64,000 nt of DNA, from contig OZ244937.1 of NCBI GenBank assembly GCA_965222075.1, positions 704,001 to 768,000 on the forward strand. The letters are read 5' to 3'. The notes under the pieces are model-generated. The model made no database searches. It was not told the DNA's origin and saw only the letters and a program-made list of their open reading frames with translations. The position numbers and the translations under genes were made by a program. This DNA comes from Candidatus Latescibacterota bacterium. Lineage in GTDB: Bacteria > Latescibacterota > UBA2968 > GCA-2709665. This document shows positions 41,850-52,576 of the stretch, in pieces (position 1 is the stretch's first letter; each line of letters opens with the position of its first letter).

Positions 41850-42341
41850 CTATTCAGATGTTTTTAAAAGAAACTTGGACTGCAGTTTTTCTGCAACCAG
41901 AGGAGGCACAAAGGGCGTCAGGTCTCCTCCAAACTGGGCGATTTCCCGGACAATTGTCGAACTGAGATAGGTATACTTTTCACTGGGCATCAGGTAAACG
42001 GTTTCGACCCTGGGGTCTTGCTGACGATTGGCTACCGCGGTGGCCAGTTCCAGTTCGTATTCGGTTGCGGAGCGGAGACTCCGAATAATGGTGTAGATCC
42101 CACGCTGCTGCGCATAGTGTACCGTAAGACCCGTAGACTGGGTTATTTCCACTTCCGGGTAGGAACGGGTCAGTTCCCGGATCATTTCAACCCGTTCACC
42201 GGCCGAGAACAGGGGGCGTTTCTGCGGATTGATGCCTATGGTGACCACGAGGTGATTAAAGATCCTGACCGCGCGTTCGATCAGGTCGAGGTGTCCATAG
42301 GTGATGGGGTCGAAGGTGCCCGGATAGATCACTTGGCTCAT
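41850..42341 (-). CDS. coaD: Phosphopantetheine adenylyltransferase
   Basis: YPGTFDPITYGHLD and LSSTIVREIA. Confidence 0.95.
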   Translation of the reverse strand: MSQVIYPGTFDPITYGHLDLIERAVRIFNHLVVTIGINPQKRPLFSAGERVEMIRELTRSYPEVEITQSTGLTVHYAQQRGIYTIIRSLRSATEYELELATAVANRQQDPRVETVYLMPSEKYTYLSSTIVREIAQFGGDLTPFVPPLVAEKLQSKFLLKTSE

Positions 42342-42399
42342 TGGTGAATCCTTTGTTTAAGCGGGCCCGCCTCCGGCTCACCGGGATCGTCTCCCCACC

Positions 42400-43347
42400 C
42401 TATTTCACGTTTTGTAGCCCCCGGTAGGCGAGGCCTGCGGCGATGCCAAAGGCGTTCTGCCGGGAGAGGAGTGGGCGCTGGGCTTCTGGAATGTGCCGGG
42501 TCTCACAGGCCGCAAAGGGCTGTAGCGGAGTCAGCTGCGGAGAGGAGGGGGCACGCAGCCGCCGGATCAGGTGGAGGGTGCGGTCCTGGTCGCCGCAGAA
42601 AAAGACCTGATTGTAAGCCCTGCGCCGGCGGTCCGGCGTTCGATCGCCATAGATCCAGCGTTGGGCCACCTTGAATATGTTTTGCAGGTCGGGCGAGTCC
42701 GGACCCTTTTTCACCTCGGCTGCGAGAGATGGCCCATCTGCGCAGACGGTTTCTGCGGCCACCAGCCTGCCTCCCTCGGCCGCCACAAAGGAGAGCCAGG
42801 GATATCCAAACAGGATCGCCGCATTGCGCCCGGACCTCCAGAGGTCGGCCATTTCGCAGGCGTAGAAGAGGGCCATCGGTTCGACTTCCAGGCTATTTGG
42901 TGAGATGCCTGCTTCGGCATAAAGGTCGGTGCAAAGGTCGAGGACTTCCCGCCGGACGGCCACCCAGAAGGCGGCGCGGCCGGTGGTGTGGAAGTCGATG
43001 AGGTAGTCCCTGGCCGGTGAGATCAGGGCCTGTGAAACCTCCCAGCCGATTTGATCCCGGCGGTCTTCCTCTGAGGCGACCTCGAGGGGGATCTTCTGGA
43101 TTTGAAAAAACCCCCCGCCAAGGGATGAGACCACCCTTCCCAGGTCGTCTCCAAAGCCCGAAAGGGTTTGTTTCAGGGCCCGGGCAATACGCTTGCGGGT
43201 GCTGTTCCGGAGGAGTTGCGCAGGCTGGAAGGCGACCGGCAGCTGGGCCTGGGCGATGGCGCACAGGCGGCACCCTGAGGGCGTGCGCTCTAAGGCGACA
43301 AGCCGAAGCGTGCGGCCGGTGAGATGGATGCCCGTGGCTTTGCTCAT
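42400..43347 (-). CDS. PilM-like (actin-fold) protein
   Basis: GIHLTGRTLRLVAL N-terminus, LEVEPMAL, VFFCG and C-terminal FGIAAGLAYR. The pattern resembles PilM but is divergent. Confidence 0.65.
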   Translation of the reverse strand: MSKATGIHLTGRTLRLVALERTPSGCRLCAIAQAQLPVAFQPAQLLRNSTRKRIARALKQTLSGFGDDLGRVVSSLGGGFFQIQKIPLEVASEEDRRDQIGWEVSQALISPARDYLIDFHTTGRAAFWVAVRREVLDLCTDLYAEAGISPNSLEVEPMALFYACEMADLWRSGRNAAILFGYPWLSFVAAEGGRLVAAETVCADGPSLAAEVKKGPDSPDLQNIFKVAQRWIYGDRTPDRRRRAYNQVFFCGDQDRTLHLIRRLRAPSSPQLTPLQPFAACETRHIPEAQRPLLSRQNAFGIAAGLAYRGLQNVK

Positions 43348-43736
43348 GGGCTGGTTACCGTTATCAGAGGCCTGAGGCGTTCGACCGTTTTGGGGCCAAC
43401 ACCCTGCACGGCGGTGAGGTCTTCCAGGCGACGGAAGGGCCCGTGCTGCTTGCGGTATTCCACGATCCGGCGTGCGGTTTTCGGGCCGATCCTGGGGAGG
43501 CGCTGGAGGTCTTTTTCCAGGGCCCGGTTCAGGTCGATCAGGGCGGTGTGGGTCGGCATATTCTGCGCAGTGTCCGGGACGGTCTCCGAAGGAGGGGCAA
43601 CAGCCCCTTTTCGGACCTCGAAGTCCGGCGTGCGGTCGGCTGCGTAGCGGCTTACAAGGCTGACTACCCCACCGATGAGGAGCGCCCCCGCAAGGAGGAT
43701 GAGGGCGATTTGTTCGTTGCGGTTGAAGGAGAACAT
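43344..43736 (-). CDS. comEA: ComEA-family HhH DNA-binding protein with N-terminal TM helix
   Basis: IDLNRA..DLQRLPRIGPKTARRIVEYR..HGPF..LEDL..VQGVGPKT. Confidence 0.9.
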   Translation of the reverse strand: MFSFNRNEQIALILLAGALLIGGVVSLVSRYAADRTPDFEVRKGAVAPPSETVPDTAQNMPTHTALIDLNRALEKDLQRLPRIGPKTARRIVEYRKQHGPFRRLEDLTAVQGVGPKTVERLRPLITVTSP

Positions 43737-46700
43737 CAGTTGAAACGGATCTCGCCCCACAGCCGGAATTCCCAGGTCCTGTTGGTGAGTTCCCGGAGGC
43801 GGTCCATCCGGCTTTCGTGTCGAAGTTTGGCGCCGCCCGTAAACTGGCTGCTGAACCGGTATTGCGCGGCGAGGCTGCCCTGCCAGGTGCTTTCGCTGCG
43901 GCGGATGACCGGCTCGACCGGCTCTTCGGGAGCGGTGCTCTTTGGGAGTTCCTTTTGCAGGCTTGAGGATTTTCTGTAGCCCAGGTCGAGGTCGATGTTG
44001 CTTTGGAGCTTCTTGAAAAATTTCAGGGTATATTTGAGGTTGCCCTGGATCGCGGAACTCTCCTCCAGGGTGGTTCCAATCAGGCGTTCCTGGAGGGTAG
44101 GCTGCACGGTTGCGGTGTCGGCCGTTACATTGCGCTGATAGCGGAGGGCGCTTTGCTGGCTGCGGTTGCTCCGCACGGTGGTCGTCATCTGGTTTTTCCA
44201 CCTTCCCGACCAGGAGATGAGGGGGTTGTAGGCGGTCTTCCGGCTGTCGCCGGTCAGAGAGAGGGCCCCCAATCCCCCGTCTCCACCGCGGGTGTGGACA
44301 TTCTGGTAGCTGAAGTTGAAGTTGGAACTGGTGAGCAGCCACCGGAAGACCGGAAGGCGTTCCAGCCCTCTCCATCTGGCGCTCAGGTTGGGGAGCGTGA
44401 TACTTTCGTTTTCGGTGATGGCGTTCCCAAACTTTCGGCTGTGGTTGTAGCTCGCCGAGCCTTGCATGTTGACCCCCAGGGGGAGGCGGACGCTGCTGCT
44501 GAGGCTCGCCCGGTCCGTGGTTACGCGGGTGTTTATCCTCGTCACACCGCCGGTCCTGAACACCTCGACGTGGGCGGTGTCGGTGAATCCGAATTGAAAC
44601 TTAAACGGGGGACGGCTGCGGAGGCCGAAGAGGTTGAACGTCTTGGCCCGGGATGCGGTGGCCTGCAGGGGCGATAAGGACGCTCCGGCCCGTCCAATGA
44701 GGCGAAGGAGGGAGAACCCCTTTTTGGGGCGGCGGGCGAGGGGTTGGAAAAGGCTTGGAGTGTTCAGGCTGACGCGGACGTTTGTGTTGTTCGTGCTGTT
44801 GGTGGTCAGGCCCCGGCGCGTATTTCCATATACGGAGCGCTGTCCCCCGGTTTCGAGGTTTTCCCGGTACCGGGAGGCGTACTGGGTGCTGAAGGTGAAC
44901 CAGCGGGAAATCCGGGGCGAGTAGCCAAAGGAGACGTTCTGGTGCCGGTTGGTTTCACGGCCAAGCTGGAGCAGGGTGAAGGCGAAGCTGTTGCGCAGGT
45001 CCCGGTTGACGTTCAGGTCGTAGCTGGCGCTCAAGCTCTTGAAGGGGGTAAGCTTGAGGGCGTAGACCTCGGTGAGGCCAAAGGTCTCGTTGAGCGTGGC
45101 GATCACATCGGAGGTATCGCCGGTAACGGCAGAGAAGGAGCGTTGATCCCGAAGGCTGCGGTTGAACCGGACGTTGTAGCGGATGTTTGAGGGAAGGTAG
45201 AAGAGTTCGGCGTCTTTGAGGGATTTGAAGAAGGGCAGCCAACCGAAGGGCCGGAGCGATTTCCGCTGGGGCCAGTTGAGGTCGTAACTGAAGGTGCCGT
45301 TGAGGTTCTCGTTGCTGCTGGACTGCCGGCGGGTGATGGCCCCGGTCTGGGAACTTTGTGTGGAAAAGTTCAGCGAGGCGCTCATCCGGTCGAAAAAGAG
45401 ACGGGCCAGGAGCCGGGGGGCTTCCGGAGCGGCGCGTTTTCGGAGGGAGACGTTGAACCGGGCGCCGGTCCGGATATCGCTCTCCTTGGCCTTCTGCTGG
45501 GGGGTAAGGACGATGTCGGAGCCCCGGCGGATGCGGGGCACAGTGGTGTTGCGGTCGTAAGAAAAGCGGACCGGGACGGACGTGTGCCAGGACTTGGGCA
45601 GAAACTTGCTCAGGTTGAGCTGTGCATTCAGAGAGACCCGGGAGGTGGTGTTGCCGCTGGCCCGTCCCTGCAGGTCCTGAAAATCGCCGCTTTTGCGTTC
45701 GAGGTTGACCGAGAGGTTGCCCAGGTCGGCCAGGACGGTCCGGAGGTTCAAAAGCCCCGACAGGGCTCGTTTTTTGCGAATGTTGTCCAGGCGGAGTTCG
45801 TCAACCCAGATTTCGTTTTCTCCCTCCAGGATGCGATCGCTCAGGTTTCGGATGCCGAGGGTGAAGAATTTGATTTCGGAGAGGGCCGGATTCCCTCGCA
45901 CGACGTAGGTTTTGCCCCCCAGGTCGACTTCGATGCGGTTCACCTCCTTGCTGTAACGCGCCTGGAGGTCTCCCTTCTGCAAGGAGAGGCTGAGGGTGTC
46001 TGAGGAGGCCCGCCCGGACGTCCGAAGGTCGAAGAGCTGGCCCTTGAGTTGTGACATGAGTTCCAGGTCGATCTCGACGGTATTGACGTCTGGGGCCCAG
46101 CCGCGGTAGACCCGTGTCCGGTATTCATAGAAGTTGAGGGTATCTCCGCTGATGGGGGCAAACCGGAGGAAGAGTTCGATCGGGCTGAGGGTGCCGCCGA
46201 GGGTGTCACCTTGTGCTGGAAAATTCTGCTCGGAGGCCGGGTTGGAAGGATTCCCCCCATGCACGAACATGGTCATGGTGCCGTATTGGGTATAGTTGCC
46301 TCTCTGGAAAAAGGTGCGAGAGGCAGAGATGTGTTCGCCCGGGTAGAGGTCTTCGAATTTCAGGTCCAGTGAGCGTTCCAGCAGCCGAAGCCCCGTGGTG
46401 GGGTTAACCTCCCGCTCGAGGTCCGGCGGCGACTCGTATACGGCGTTGTCCGTCCCAATGCTGGCCACTTTGAAATCCCCCGACTGCTGGGTAAAGGGAG
46501 GCGGGTCTTCCAGCCAGTCGCTGCCTACGATGTCGAGGCTGTAGAGCTGGATGGAGGTGGTGGCGTTATGCTCAATCCAGAGCCGGGCAAAGTCGATGGC
46601 GCTTGCAAAGGTGGTGTCGGGCCCCCCCTCTTCGGTTCTGGGGGCCGTCCTGCCCCGCAGGGGGATGCGGATGAGCCGCCAGGGGCGGTCCGTGGGGTCG

Positions 46701-49700
46701 GACCGGGTACCCTCGACCAGTAAAGAAGGCCCGTTGTAGACGCCCGTTTCGGAGTTGAACCCCTGGTTCGTGCCCAGGTCGATGCTGTAACGCACAAAGC
46801 TGTTGCGGTCGTCTAAGATGCCGTTCCGGTTGAGGTCTTCGGTATCCGGAGTCGAGTCCCGTTCGGGGTTGTTTCCCTGGGTGCCGTTGACGCCGGAGGG
46901 ATAGCGCAGGAGGTTGGCTTCCTGGCGGAGGTCCACATCGGCGAAGTTGTCGCCGGAGGGGTCGGCGGGTGAGAGGGAGCCGGGATAGATGAGCTGGAAG
47001 ATCGAGTCCTCCTGGGCGTCGGTGAGTCCGTCCAGGCCGATGTCTTCTTCGGACGTGGCCACGTCGTCGCCCCTGGGGAGGCCGGGTAGCGGTTCGTCTT
47101 CGGTGCGGAAATCCCTGGGGGGAGGCGGGTTGTGGATGGGGTGGTCCAGCGGGAGGGCGACCCGCTCGGAGATCTCGCCCATGTCGATGTGAAGCCGTCC
47201 GGCGTTGCCGCGCACCCAGAGTTCGAGGAATTTGGATCGGGAGGGGTCAAGGCCGTCCAGGTATTGTGTGATTCCCGCCCAGGACATCTCCGGGAATCCC
47301 CCCTCTGTGTTGCGAGTCCTTTCGGGAAAGCCGTTGGTCCGGTGGGGGTCAAACCGGAGGTGCAGCGTTTCGACAATACTCTGTTCTGCGGGGATGTCGT
47401 CCCGGTTGGGCTGGATGCGGAAGATGGAAATCCGGTCGCGTTCCACCGGGTTGTACGATGTCAGCCTTCCCTTGGGGAGGAGAATGGTACTGCTGTTCAG
47501 GACGGGCGTGCTTGCAGAGGTCAAGGCACGTTTGTAGATACTGAAGGCTTGCCTGTCCTCGGTGCCTTCAAAGTCGTCGATGTAGGCGACCCCCCTGGTG
47601 TTGGGGTTGGGCAGGCTCTGGGCGACCTCCGCATCGATGGTGAGCGAGGAGGGTGTCTCGGTGGCCACAAAGGGGAGCTTGTTGACCATATCGGTGATGG
47701 CCTGAGGCTGAAGCCGGAACCGGGCATTGGCATCCCATATGATGGTTCGTTTGGGCTCTTCACCCACGCGCACGCGCGGTGAAGCGGCGCCCTGGCTGCC
47801 GTAGAGGAGGGTCAAGCCCACCCGCGAGAAGTTGTCTTTAAACGGGTGTTCGACGCGGATGCCCAGGAGGCTTTTCTGCCCTCCGAAGCCGCCGAACAGA
47901 CTTTTGCTGCTGTAGTTGATCGTGAGGTTGGCCGAGGGGTCGGAGGCCTGTTCGGCGGCGTCACCGATGATTTTGACGGTGCCGAACTGGTATTCGATAC
48001 TGTAGTCCTGGCCCCTGACGAGCCGCCGGTTGTTGAGGATGACCTCTTCAGTGTTTTCGATGATGCCGGGGCCTAAGTTGTACTGGGTGGCCCGGCTTTT
48101 GGACCGGATGCGCATAAAGAACTTGCTTTTTTCCCTCCGCGTGGTACTGTTGATGGTTGTGTAGATTTCCGGTGCCCGGGCGTTATTGTCCAGTTCTTCA
48201 ACGCCCACCCCCCTGGCCCCGAAAGGTTCTAAGGTGGAGAAGACGAGGTGCCCGTCGCGCAGGTTGAGACCGGGCAGGTTGTTCCCCCCGTCGATGTCGA
48301 TGATATTGTCCGGAGACGAGGACTCGGATGAGCCGTTGGTGTGGGTATCCAGGCCGAAGATCTGGAGGTAGGGTCTTCCGCTCTGGTTGTCAACGGGTTC
48401 CTGCCCCGGCACGTCCCGGAGGATCTGGAGTTCAAACCCCTGGGGTTCTATGTTGCGGCCGCTGAGGCTGTAGACGTTTCGCCAGGAGAGGTCCCAGGTG
48501 GGGAAGTCGGGGCGCTGCTGCCTGGCTTTGAGGAGCTTGAGCCTGATCCTGGTATCGGGGTTCTGTGGGTTGGGAATAAAGGAGAGGTCCCCAAAGGTTC
48601 GTCCATCCGCGGTGCGATAGGCAACGCCCAGGGCCCAGCCGGGGAAGACCCGGCCCCTGCGTATGATGAGGTAGCCCCTGGCGTCGACAAGGAACTGGTC
48701 GCGTTCCAGTTCGTGGAAGGAGCCTTCTTCAAGGCCGCCCCCTTGAGACTGAGACAGGGTTTCGTTGGGGGCGCCGTTGTCATTCCAGAAGGCGAAGGCG
48801 GCGCCGGGAATCGCCCGCTGTTCGATGTCGTTGATGTCGTTGAAGTCGTTGACGAAGACCCGCAGGGTATTGATGTCGACCAGGTCGCGGGCGGCAGGCT
48901 CATCCGGAAAGGCATCTCGATAGTCTCTGTCGAGGAAGAAGTAGACATCTTCGAGGTACTGAAAGTCCCGGATGTCGTTGGCGGTCTCCTCGGCCTGGCC
49001 CTGGAAGGTCTTGCGGTTGCTGGCGCCCTTGTCCTGGGTGGTAACAACCGTGAATTTCAACCCGCCCAGCCGGCCCCTGGTCTTGATCCCGAAGAGCCCC
49101 CCCCGATTCTGGGCGTTGAAACCGACCAGCCGTGTGTTGGGGAGGGTCAAAGAGGTGCTGCCGGCCTCAATTTCCTCAATAATGCCGTCTTCGTCGCCGT
49201 CGTATCGAAGTCTGAGTGTCTCGCCGATGTCGCGCTGGCTCCGGCTGTCTTCCTGAAGTTCGATGGAGATTCTGTCGCCGATGGTTCCCTGCACGTTCAG
49301 CTGAGACTCCTGTTCAAAGTTGACGGTAAACGGGGTCGGCCGGGTTCTGGCCGTCTGGGCCTGACCGCTGGTGGACCGTTTGGTACCGGAAAGGTCAATG
49401 CGGCGGGTGGTGGTGATATTGAGGTTGGTTTCTCCTTCTCCGGTGATGACGCTCAGTGCCTTGGGGACTTTGACCGGAATCTTGATATTGACGAGCCCGC
49501 CGCTCCCCCTTCTTGGGTCGCGCTTTGGTTTTTCCCCCAGCTTTGAGGCAATAAGACGCTCCTGGTCTTTTTGGTATTTATAAGCGACAAACTGGCCGAG
49601 CGGAATAACGGCCGGCAGGCCATAGATCCCCCCCGCGGCTTCCCGATAGACGAAGAGGGTCGTTGTTTCGCCGTCAAGGAGGCGGACGCCGGGTTTGATC

Positions 49701-49909
49701 AGCCGGCTTCTGAGTGTCTGGACGGGATCTTTTCCTGCGCGCCTGCCAGTGGAGGGGGAAGCGAGGAAGGCCTCAAGGGGAGCGTCCACGATGCTTTTGT
49801 CAATTCCAGGTGGCGCGGCATCCACGGGCACCATCGGGGTGCCCATGGCCACAAGACAAAGAAGGATGCATATGTCGTGCAGAGTCGGTCCTGGTTGTCT
49901 GGATATCAA
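43736..49909 (-). CDS. sprA: SprA/Sov-like large outer-membrane beta-barrel protein
   Basis: 2057 aa with a signal-like N-terminus, LRYDGDEDGIIEEIEAG..SL.LP, AYIDDFEG, PDTEDLNRNGILD and IWVDELRL. The C-terminal half is amphipathic and beta-rich and ends IRFN. Confidence 0.85.
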   Translation of the reverse strand: MISRQPGPTLHDICILLCLVAMGTPMVPVDAAPPGIDKSIVDAPLEAFLASPSTGRRAGKDPVQTLRSRLIKPGVRLLDGETTTLFVYREAAGGIYGLPAVIPLGQFVAYKYQKDQERLIASKLGEKPKRDPRRGSGGLVNIKIPVKVPKALSVITGEGETNLNITTTRRIDLSGTKRSTSGQAQTARTRPTPFTVNFEQESQLNVQGTIGDRISIELQEDSRSQRDIGETLRLRYDGDEDGIIEEIEAGSTSLTLPNTRLVGFNAQNRGGLFGIKTRGRLGGLKFTVVTTQDKGASNRKTFQGQAEETANDIRDFQYLEDVYFFLDRDYRDAFPDEPAARDLVDINTLRVFVNDFNDINDIEQRAIPGAAFAFWNDNGAPNETLSQSQGGGLEEGSFHELERDQFLVDARGYLIIRRGRVFPGWALGVAYRTADGRTFGDLSFIPNPQNPDTRIRLKLLKARQQRPDFPTWDLSWRNVYSLSGRNIEPQGFELQILRDVPGQEPVDNQSGRPYLQIFGLDTHTNGSSESSSPDNIIDIDGGNNLPGLNLRDGHLVFSTLEPFGARGVGVEELDNNARAPEIYTTINSTTRREKSKFFMRIRSKSRATQYNLGPGIIENTEEVILNNRRLVRGQDYSIEYQFGTVKIIGDAAEQASDPSANLTINYSSKSLFGGFGGQKSLLGIRVEHPFKDNFSRVGLTLLYGSQGAASPRVRVGEEPKRTIIWDANARFRLQPQAITDMVNKLPFVATETPSSLTIDAEVAQSLPNPNTRGVAYIDDFEGTEDRQAFSIYKRALTSASTPVLNSSTILLPKGRLTSYNPVERDRISIFRIQPNRDDIPAEQSIVETLHLRFDPHRTNGFPERTRNTEGGFPEMSWAGITQYLDGLDPSRSKFLELWVRGNAGRLHIDMGEISERVALPLDHPIHNPPPPRDFRTEDEPLPGLPRGDDVATSEEDIGLDGLTDAQEDSIFQLIYPGSLSPADPSGDNFADVDLRQEANLLRYPSGVNGTQGNNPERDSTPDTEDLNRNGILDDRNSFVRYSIDLGTNQGFNSETGVYNGPSLLVEGTRSDPTDRPWRLIRIPLRGRTAPRTEEGGPDTTFASAIDFARLWIEHNATTSIQLYSLDIVGSDWLEDPPPFTQQSGDFKVASIGTDNAVYESPPDLEREVNPTTGLRLLERSLDLKFEDLYPGEHISASRTFFQRGNYTQYGTMTMFVHGGNPSNPASEQNFPAQGDTLGGTLSPIELFLRFAPISGDTLNFYEYRTRVYRGWAPDVNTVEIDLELMSQLKGQLFDLRTSGRASSDTLSLSLQKGDLQARYSKEVNRIEVDLGGKTYVVRGNPALSEIKFFTLGIRNLSDRILEGENEIWVDELRLDNIRKKRALSGLLNLRTVLADLGNLSVNLERKSGDFQDLQGRASGNTTSRVSLNAQLNLSKFLPKSWHTSVPVRFSYDRNTTVPRIRRGSDIVLTPQQKAKESDIRTGARFNVSLRKRAAPEAPRLLARLFFDRMSASLNFSTQSSQTGAITRRQSSSNENLNGTFSYDLNWPQRKSLRPFGWLPFFKSLKDAELFYLPSNIRYNVRFNRSLRDQRSFSAVTGDTSDVIATLNETFGLTEVYALKLTPFKSLSASYDLNVNRDLRNSFAFTLLQLGRETNRHQNVSFGYSPRISRWFTFSTQYASRYRENLETGGQRSVYGNTRRGLTTNSTNNTNVRVSLNTPSLFQPLARRPKKGFSLLRLIGRAGASLSPLQATASRAKTFNLFGLRSRPPFKFQFGFTDTAHVEVFRTGGVTRINTRVTTDRASLSSSVRLPLGVNMQGSASYNHSRKFGNAITENESITLPNLSARWRGLERLPVFRWLLTSSNFNFSYQNVHTRGGDGGLGALSLTGDSRKTAYNPLISWSGRWKNQMTTTVRSNRSQQSALRYQRNVTADTATVQPTLQERLIGTTLEESSAIQGNLKYTLKFFKKLQSNIDLDLGYRKSSSLQKELPKSTAPEEPVEPVIRRSESTWQGSLAAQYRFSSQFTGGAKLRHESRMDRLRELTNRTWEFRLWGEIRFN

Positions 49910-50178
49910 ACCCCTACCTCGGGATGAGCGGATGGCGTGTTTTGAAAAGCGGGAAGTTGTGGTTGGATAACAGGTTAATCGCCGATGTGGCCGATAATAA
50001 TACCATACCCTCTTTGAAAGATCAAGAGAAAATGCCGGGGAAGCGCAAAGGCTATGGCATGGTGTCCTAACCCGAAAAGGGCTTTCCTGTGCGGGGGAAA
50101 AGGCGTATATTCCGTTTCAGGCAGTGTATATTTACTTTAACTCCTTTGTAACCATAAGGTTCCCTGTGGAGGTCCGGA

Positions 50179-51471
50179 ATGGTGCTGCGGTGGTATGTGC
50201 TGAGGGAGCATCTGGCGCCGTTTCTGTTCAGCTTTGCTGTGATTATGTTCCTCCTGGTGGTCGATCTGATCCTCCAGATGATCGACCTGATTTTGGGAAA
50301 AGGGATTGCCATCGAGGTGGTCCTCGAACTCTTTTTTCTGAATACGGCCTGGATGGTGGCCTTAGCCGTTCCAATGGCCGTGCTGGTGGGCACATTGATG
50401 GCCTTTGGGCGTTTGAGCGGAGATAATGAGGTTACGGCGATGCGCGCCCTGGGTGTTGGGCTGCAGCAGGTGGCCTGGCCGGTGTTTCTGGTTGGGGCGC
50501 TGGTCGGGATGCTTTTGATTGTCTTCAACGATCAGGTGCTGCCGGAATTTAACTATCGCGCGCGTCTTCTGATGTGGGACATTCAGCGAAAACGCCCTGC
50601 CGTGACCCTGGAGGAAGGGATTTTTATTCAAGATTTTGAAAACTACAAGATGCTTATCGGGCATATCGACGAGCGCACATCGGCCTTAAAGGATGTGGTG
50701 ATTTACAAGTATGAACCGGGAGGGTATCCCGTTGCGTTTGTGGCCGAGCGGGGGGCGGTGTTTTTTTCCGAGCAGGACGACGAGGCGCTTTTGACGCTTT
50801 ACAACGGGGAGACGCACCGGGTGGATGAGACCGATCCGGAGCTTTATGTACGGACGGTATTTGAGAGGATGACGCTGCGCCTTGGAGAGGCCGGGCGCCG
50901 GCTCTCCCGTACGATCTCGCATTACCGGACCGACCGGGAGATGGGGATAGGGATGATGCTGGAGCGTGTGGTGGACTACGAAGCGGAGGTGCGGTCCTTA
51001 CAGGCAGAGTCGGCAGGCCGGATCGGGGATTTTTTTTGCCGCTATTTTTTTGAGGATCCTCCCGGCGCGGCCCATACGGTCGACCTGGAGTTTCATGGGC
51101 TTCTGGCCCAGATTCAGGCCGATGCCGCGCTTGTGGGGCACAAACGGCGTGAGGCAGACCGCTACCGGGTGGAGATCCACAAGAAGTTCTCCATACCCGC
51201 CGCCTGCCTCACCTTTATCCTGGTGGGGGTGCCCCTGGGCGTGCGGGTGCGCAGGAGCAGTCCGGCCGTGGGGGCCGGAATCAGCATCGGGTTCTTTTTG
51301 ATCTACTGGCTGTGTCTTATTGGTGGAGAAAAACTGGCGGATCGGGGATTTGTATCGCCCTGGTTTGCGATGTGGAGCCCCAATATTCTGATCGGGCTGG
51401 TCGGGGGCTGGATGGTGGTGCACACGGTTTTTGAGCAGAGGCGATGGTGGGGGGGAGGATGCGCATCCTGA
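50179..51471 (+). CDS. lptF: LptF/LptG family permease
   Basis: VPMAVLVGTLMAFGRLSGDNEVTAMRALG and EIHKKFSIP. Confidence 0.88.
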   Translation: MVLRWYVLREHLAPFLFSFAVIMFLLVVDLILQMIDLILGKGIAIEVVLELFFLNTAWMVALAVPMAVLVGTLMAFGRLSGDNEVTAMRALGVGLQQVAWPVFLVGALVGMLLIVFNDQVLPEFNYRARLLMWDIQRKRPAVTLEEGIFIQDFENYKMLIGHIDERTSALKDVVIYKYEPGGYPVAFVAERGAVFFSEQDDEALLTLYNGETHRVDETDPELYVRTVFERMTLRLGEAGRRLSRTISHYRTDREMGIGMMLERVVDYEAEVRSLQAESAGRIGDFFCRYFFEDPPGAAHTVDLEFHGLLAQIQADAALVGHKRREADRYRVEIHKKFSIPAACLTFILVGVPLGVRVRRSSPAVGAGISIGFFLIYWLCLIGGEKLADRGFVSPWFAMWSPNILIGLVGGWMVVHTVFEQRRWWGGGCAS

Positions 51472-52529
51472 GTCGATACGTCCTGCGGCAGTTTCTTTCA
51501 CCGCTGGGGCTTTCCTTTTTGAGTTTTCTGGCGATCTTTGTGGTTGTGGACCTGGCGGACCGCCTCAGCGCTTTCTTAGACCGGGGCGTGGACGTCAGGA
51601 CGATTCTGCTTTATTATACCTGGTATATTCCCTACATCTCCGTGCTCGTCCTGCCGATGGCCATGCTGCTGGCCAGCCTGTTTTGTATCGGCGAGCTGGC
51701 CCGGCATCAGGAGTTGACGGCGATGAAGGCGGCCGGCATCAGTCTGTACCGAATCGTGCTGCCGGTTCAGGCCCTGGCCCTGCTGGTCAGTGTCGGGGCC
51801 TTTTTTCTGGCAGACCGGGTGATGCCCGAGGCCAATCGTCGCCGGATGGCGATTGAGCGGGGCGAAAATCCCATCTCACCGCGGGGGATTCGATCCCGGG
51901 TTGTACTTCGAGATGTGCATGGGCAGATTCTATCGGTAAGCAAATACGATCCGGAAGAGAAGCGAGGATGGCAGGTCACGCTGGACCAGTACAAAGGCCG
52001 GCGGCTGGTTCGCAAGGTCCGGGGGGAAGAGATGGTTTGGGAGGCGGGTGGATGGACGCTCTACAGGGGCGAACAGCGACAGTTCGGAGCAGAGGGCCGG
52101 GAGACGGTTTCCAAATTCGAGTCTATGCGCGCCGAGGGGGTGACCCTCCGCCCGGAGGACCTGATCCGGGAATCCCGCCCGGTTGACCAGATGCGCTATG
52201 GAGATCTTAAAGCATTTATTGGGCGGAAGGCCCGCAACGGAGAAGAGACCACCAGGGAGCGTGTGGAGCTGCACCTGCGGGTGGCTTTTCCTTTTGCCAA
52301 TTTTGTGATCGTTCTGTTCGGGGTGCCGCTTTCATCCAGGCCCCGCGGTACGGGGAAGCCCCTTCAGGTCGGGATCTGTCTCCTGGTTTCTTTTGTGTAC
52401 TACGGATGCATCCAGGCCGGGCGGGCGACGGGATGGAACGGCCTGCTTCCCCCGTTCTGGGCGGCCTGGGGCGCCAATTTTCTCTTTTTGGGGGTTGGGG
52501 GCGGGATGCTTTTTCGGGCGCATAAATGA
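51459..52529 (+). CDS. lptG: LptF/LptG family permease
   Basis: MRILSRYVLR, LPMAMLLA and ELTAMKAAGISL. Confidence 0.88.
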   Translation: MRILSRYVLRQFLSPLGLSFLSFLAIFVVVDLADRLSAFLDRGVDVRTILLYYTWYIPYISVLVLPMAMLLASLFCIGELARHQELTAMKAAGISLYRIVLPVQALALLVSVGAFFLADRVMPEANRRRMAIERGENPISPRGIRSRVVLRDVHGQILSVSKYDPEEKRGWQVTLDQYKGRRLVRKVRGEEMVWEAGGWTLYRGEQRQFGAEGRETVSKFESMRAEGVTLRPEDLIRESRPVDQMRYGDLKAFIGRKARNGEETTRERVELHLRVAFPFANFVIVLFGVPLSSRPRGTGKPLQVGICLLVSFVYYGCIQAGRATGWNGLLPPFWAAWGANFLFLGVGGGMLFRAHK

Positions 52530-52576
52530 ACAGGGGCCGGAAAGGCCCCCTGTGGTTGTTTTCTGAATTTTTCAGA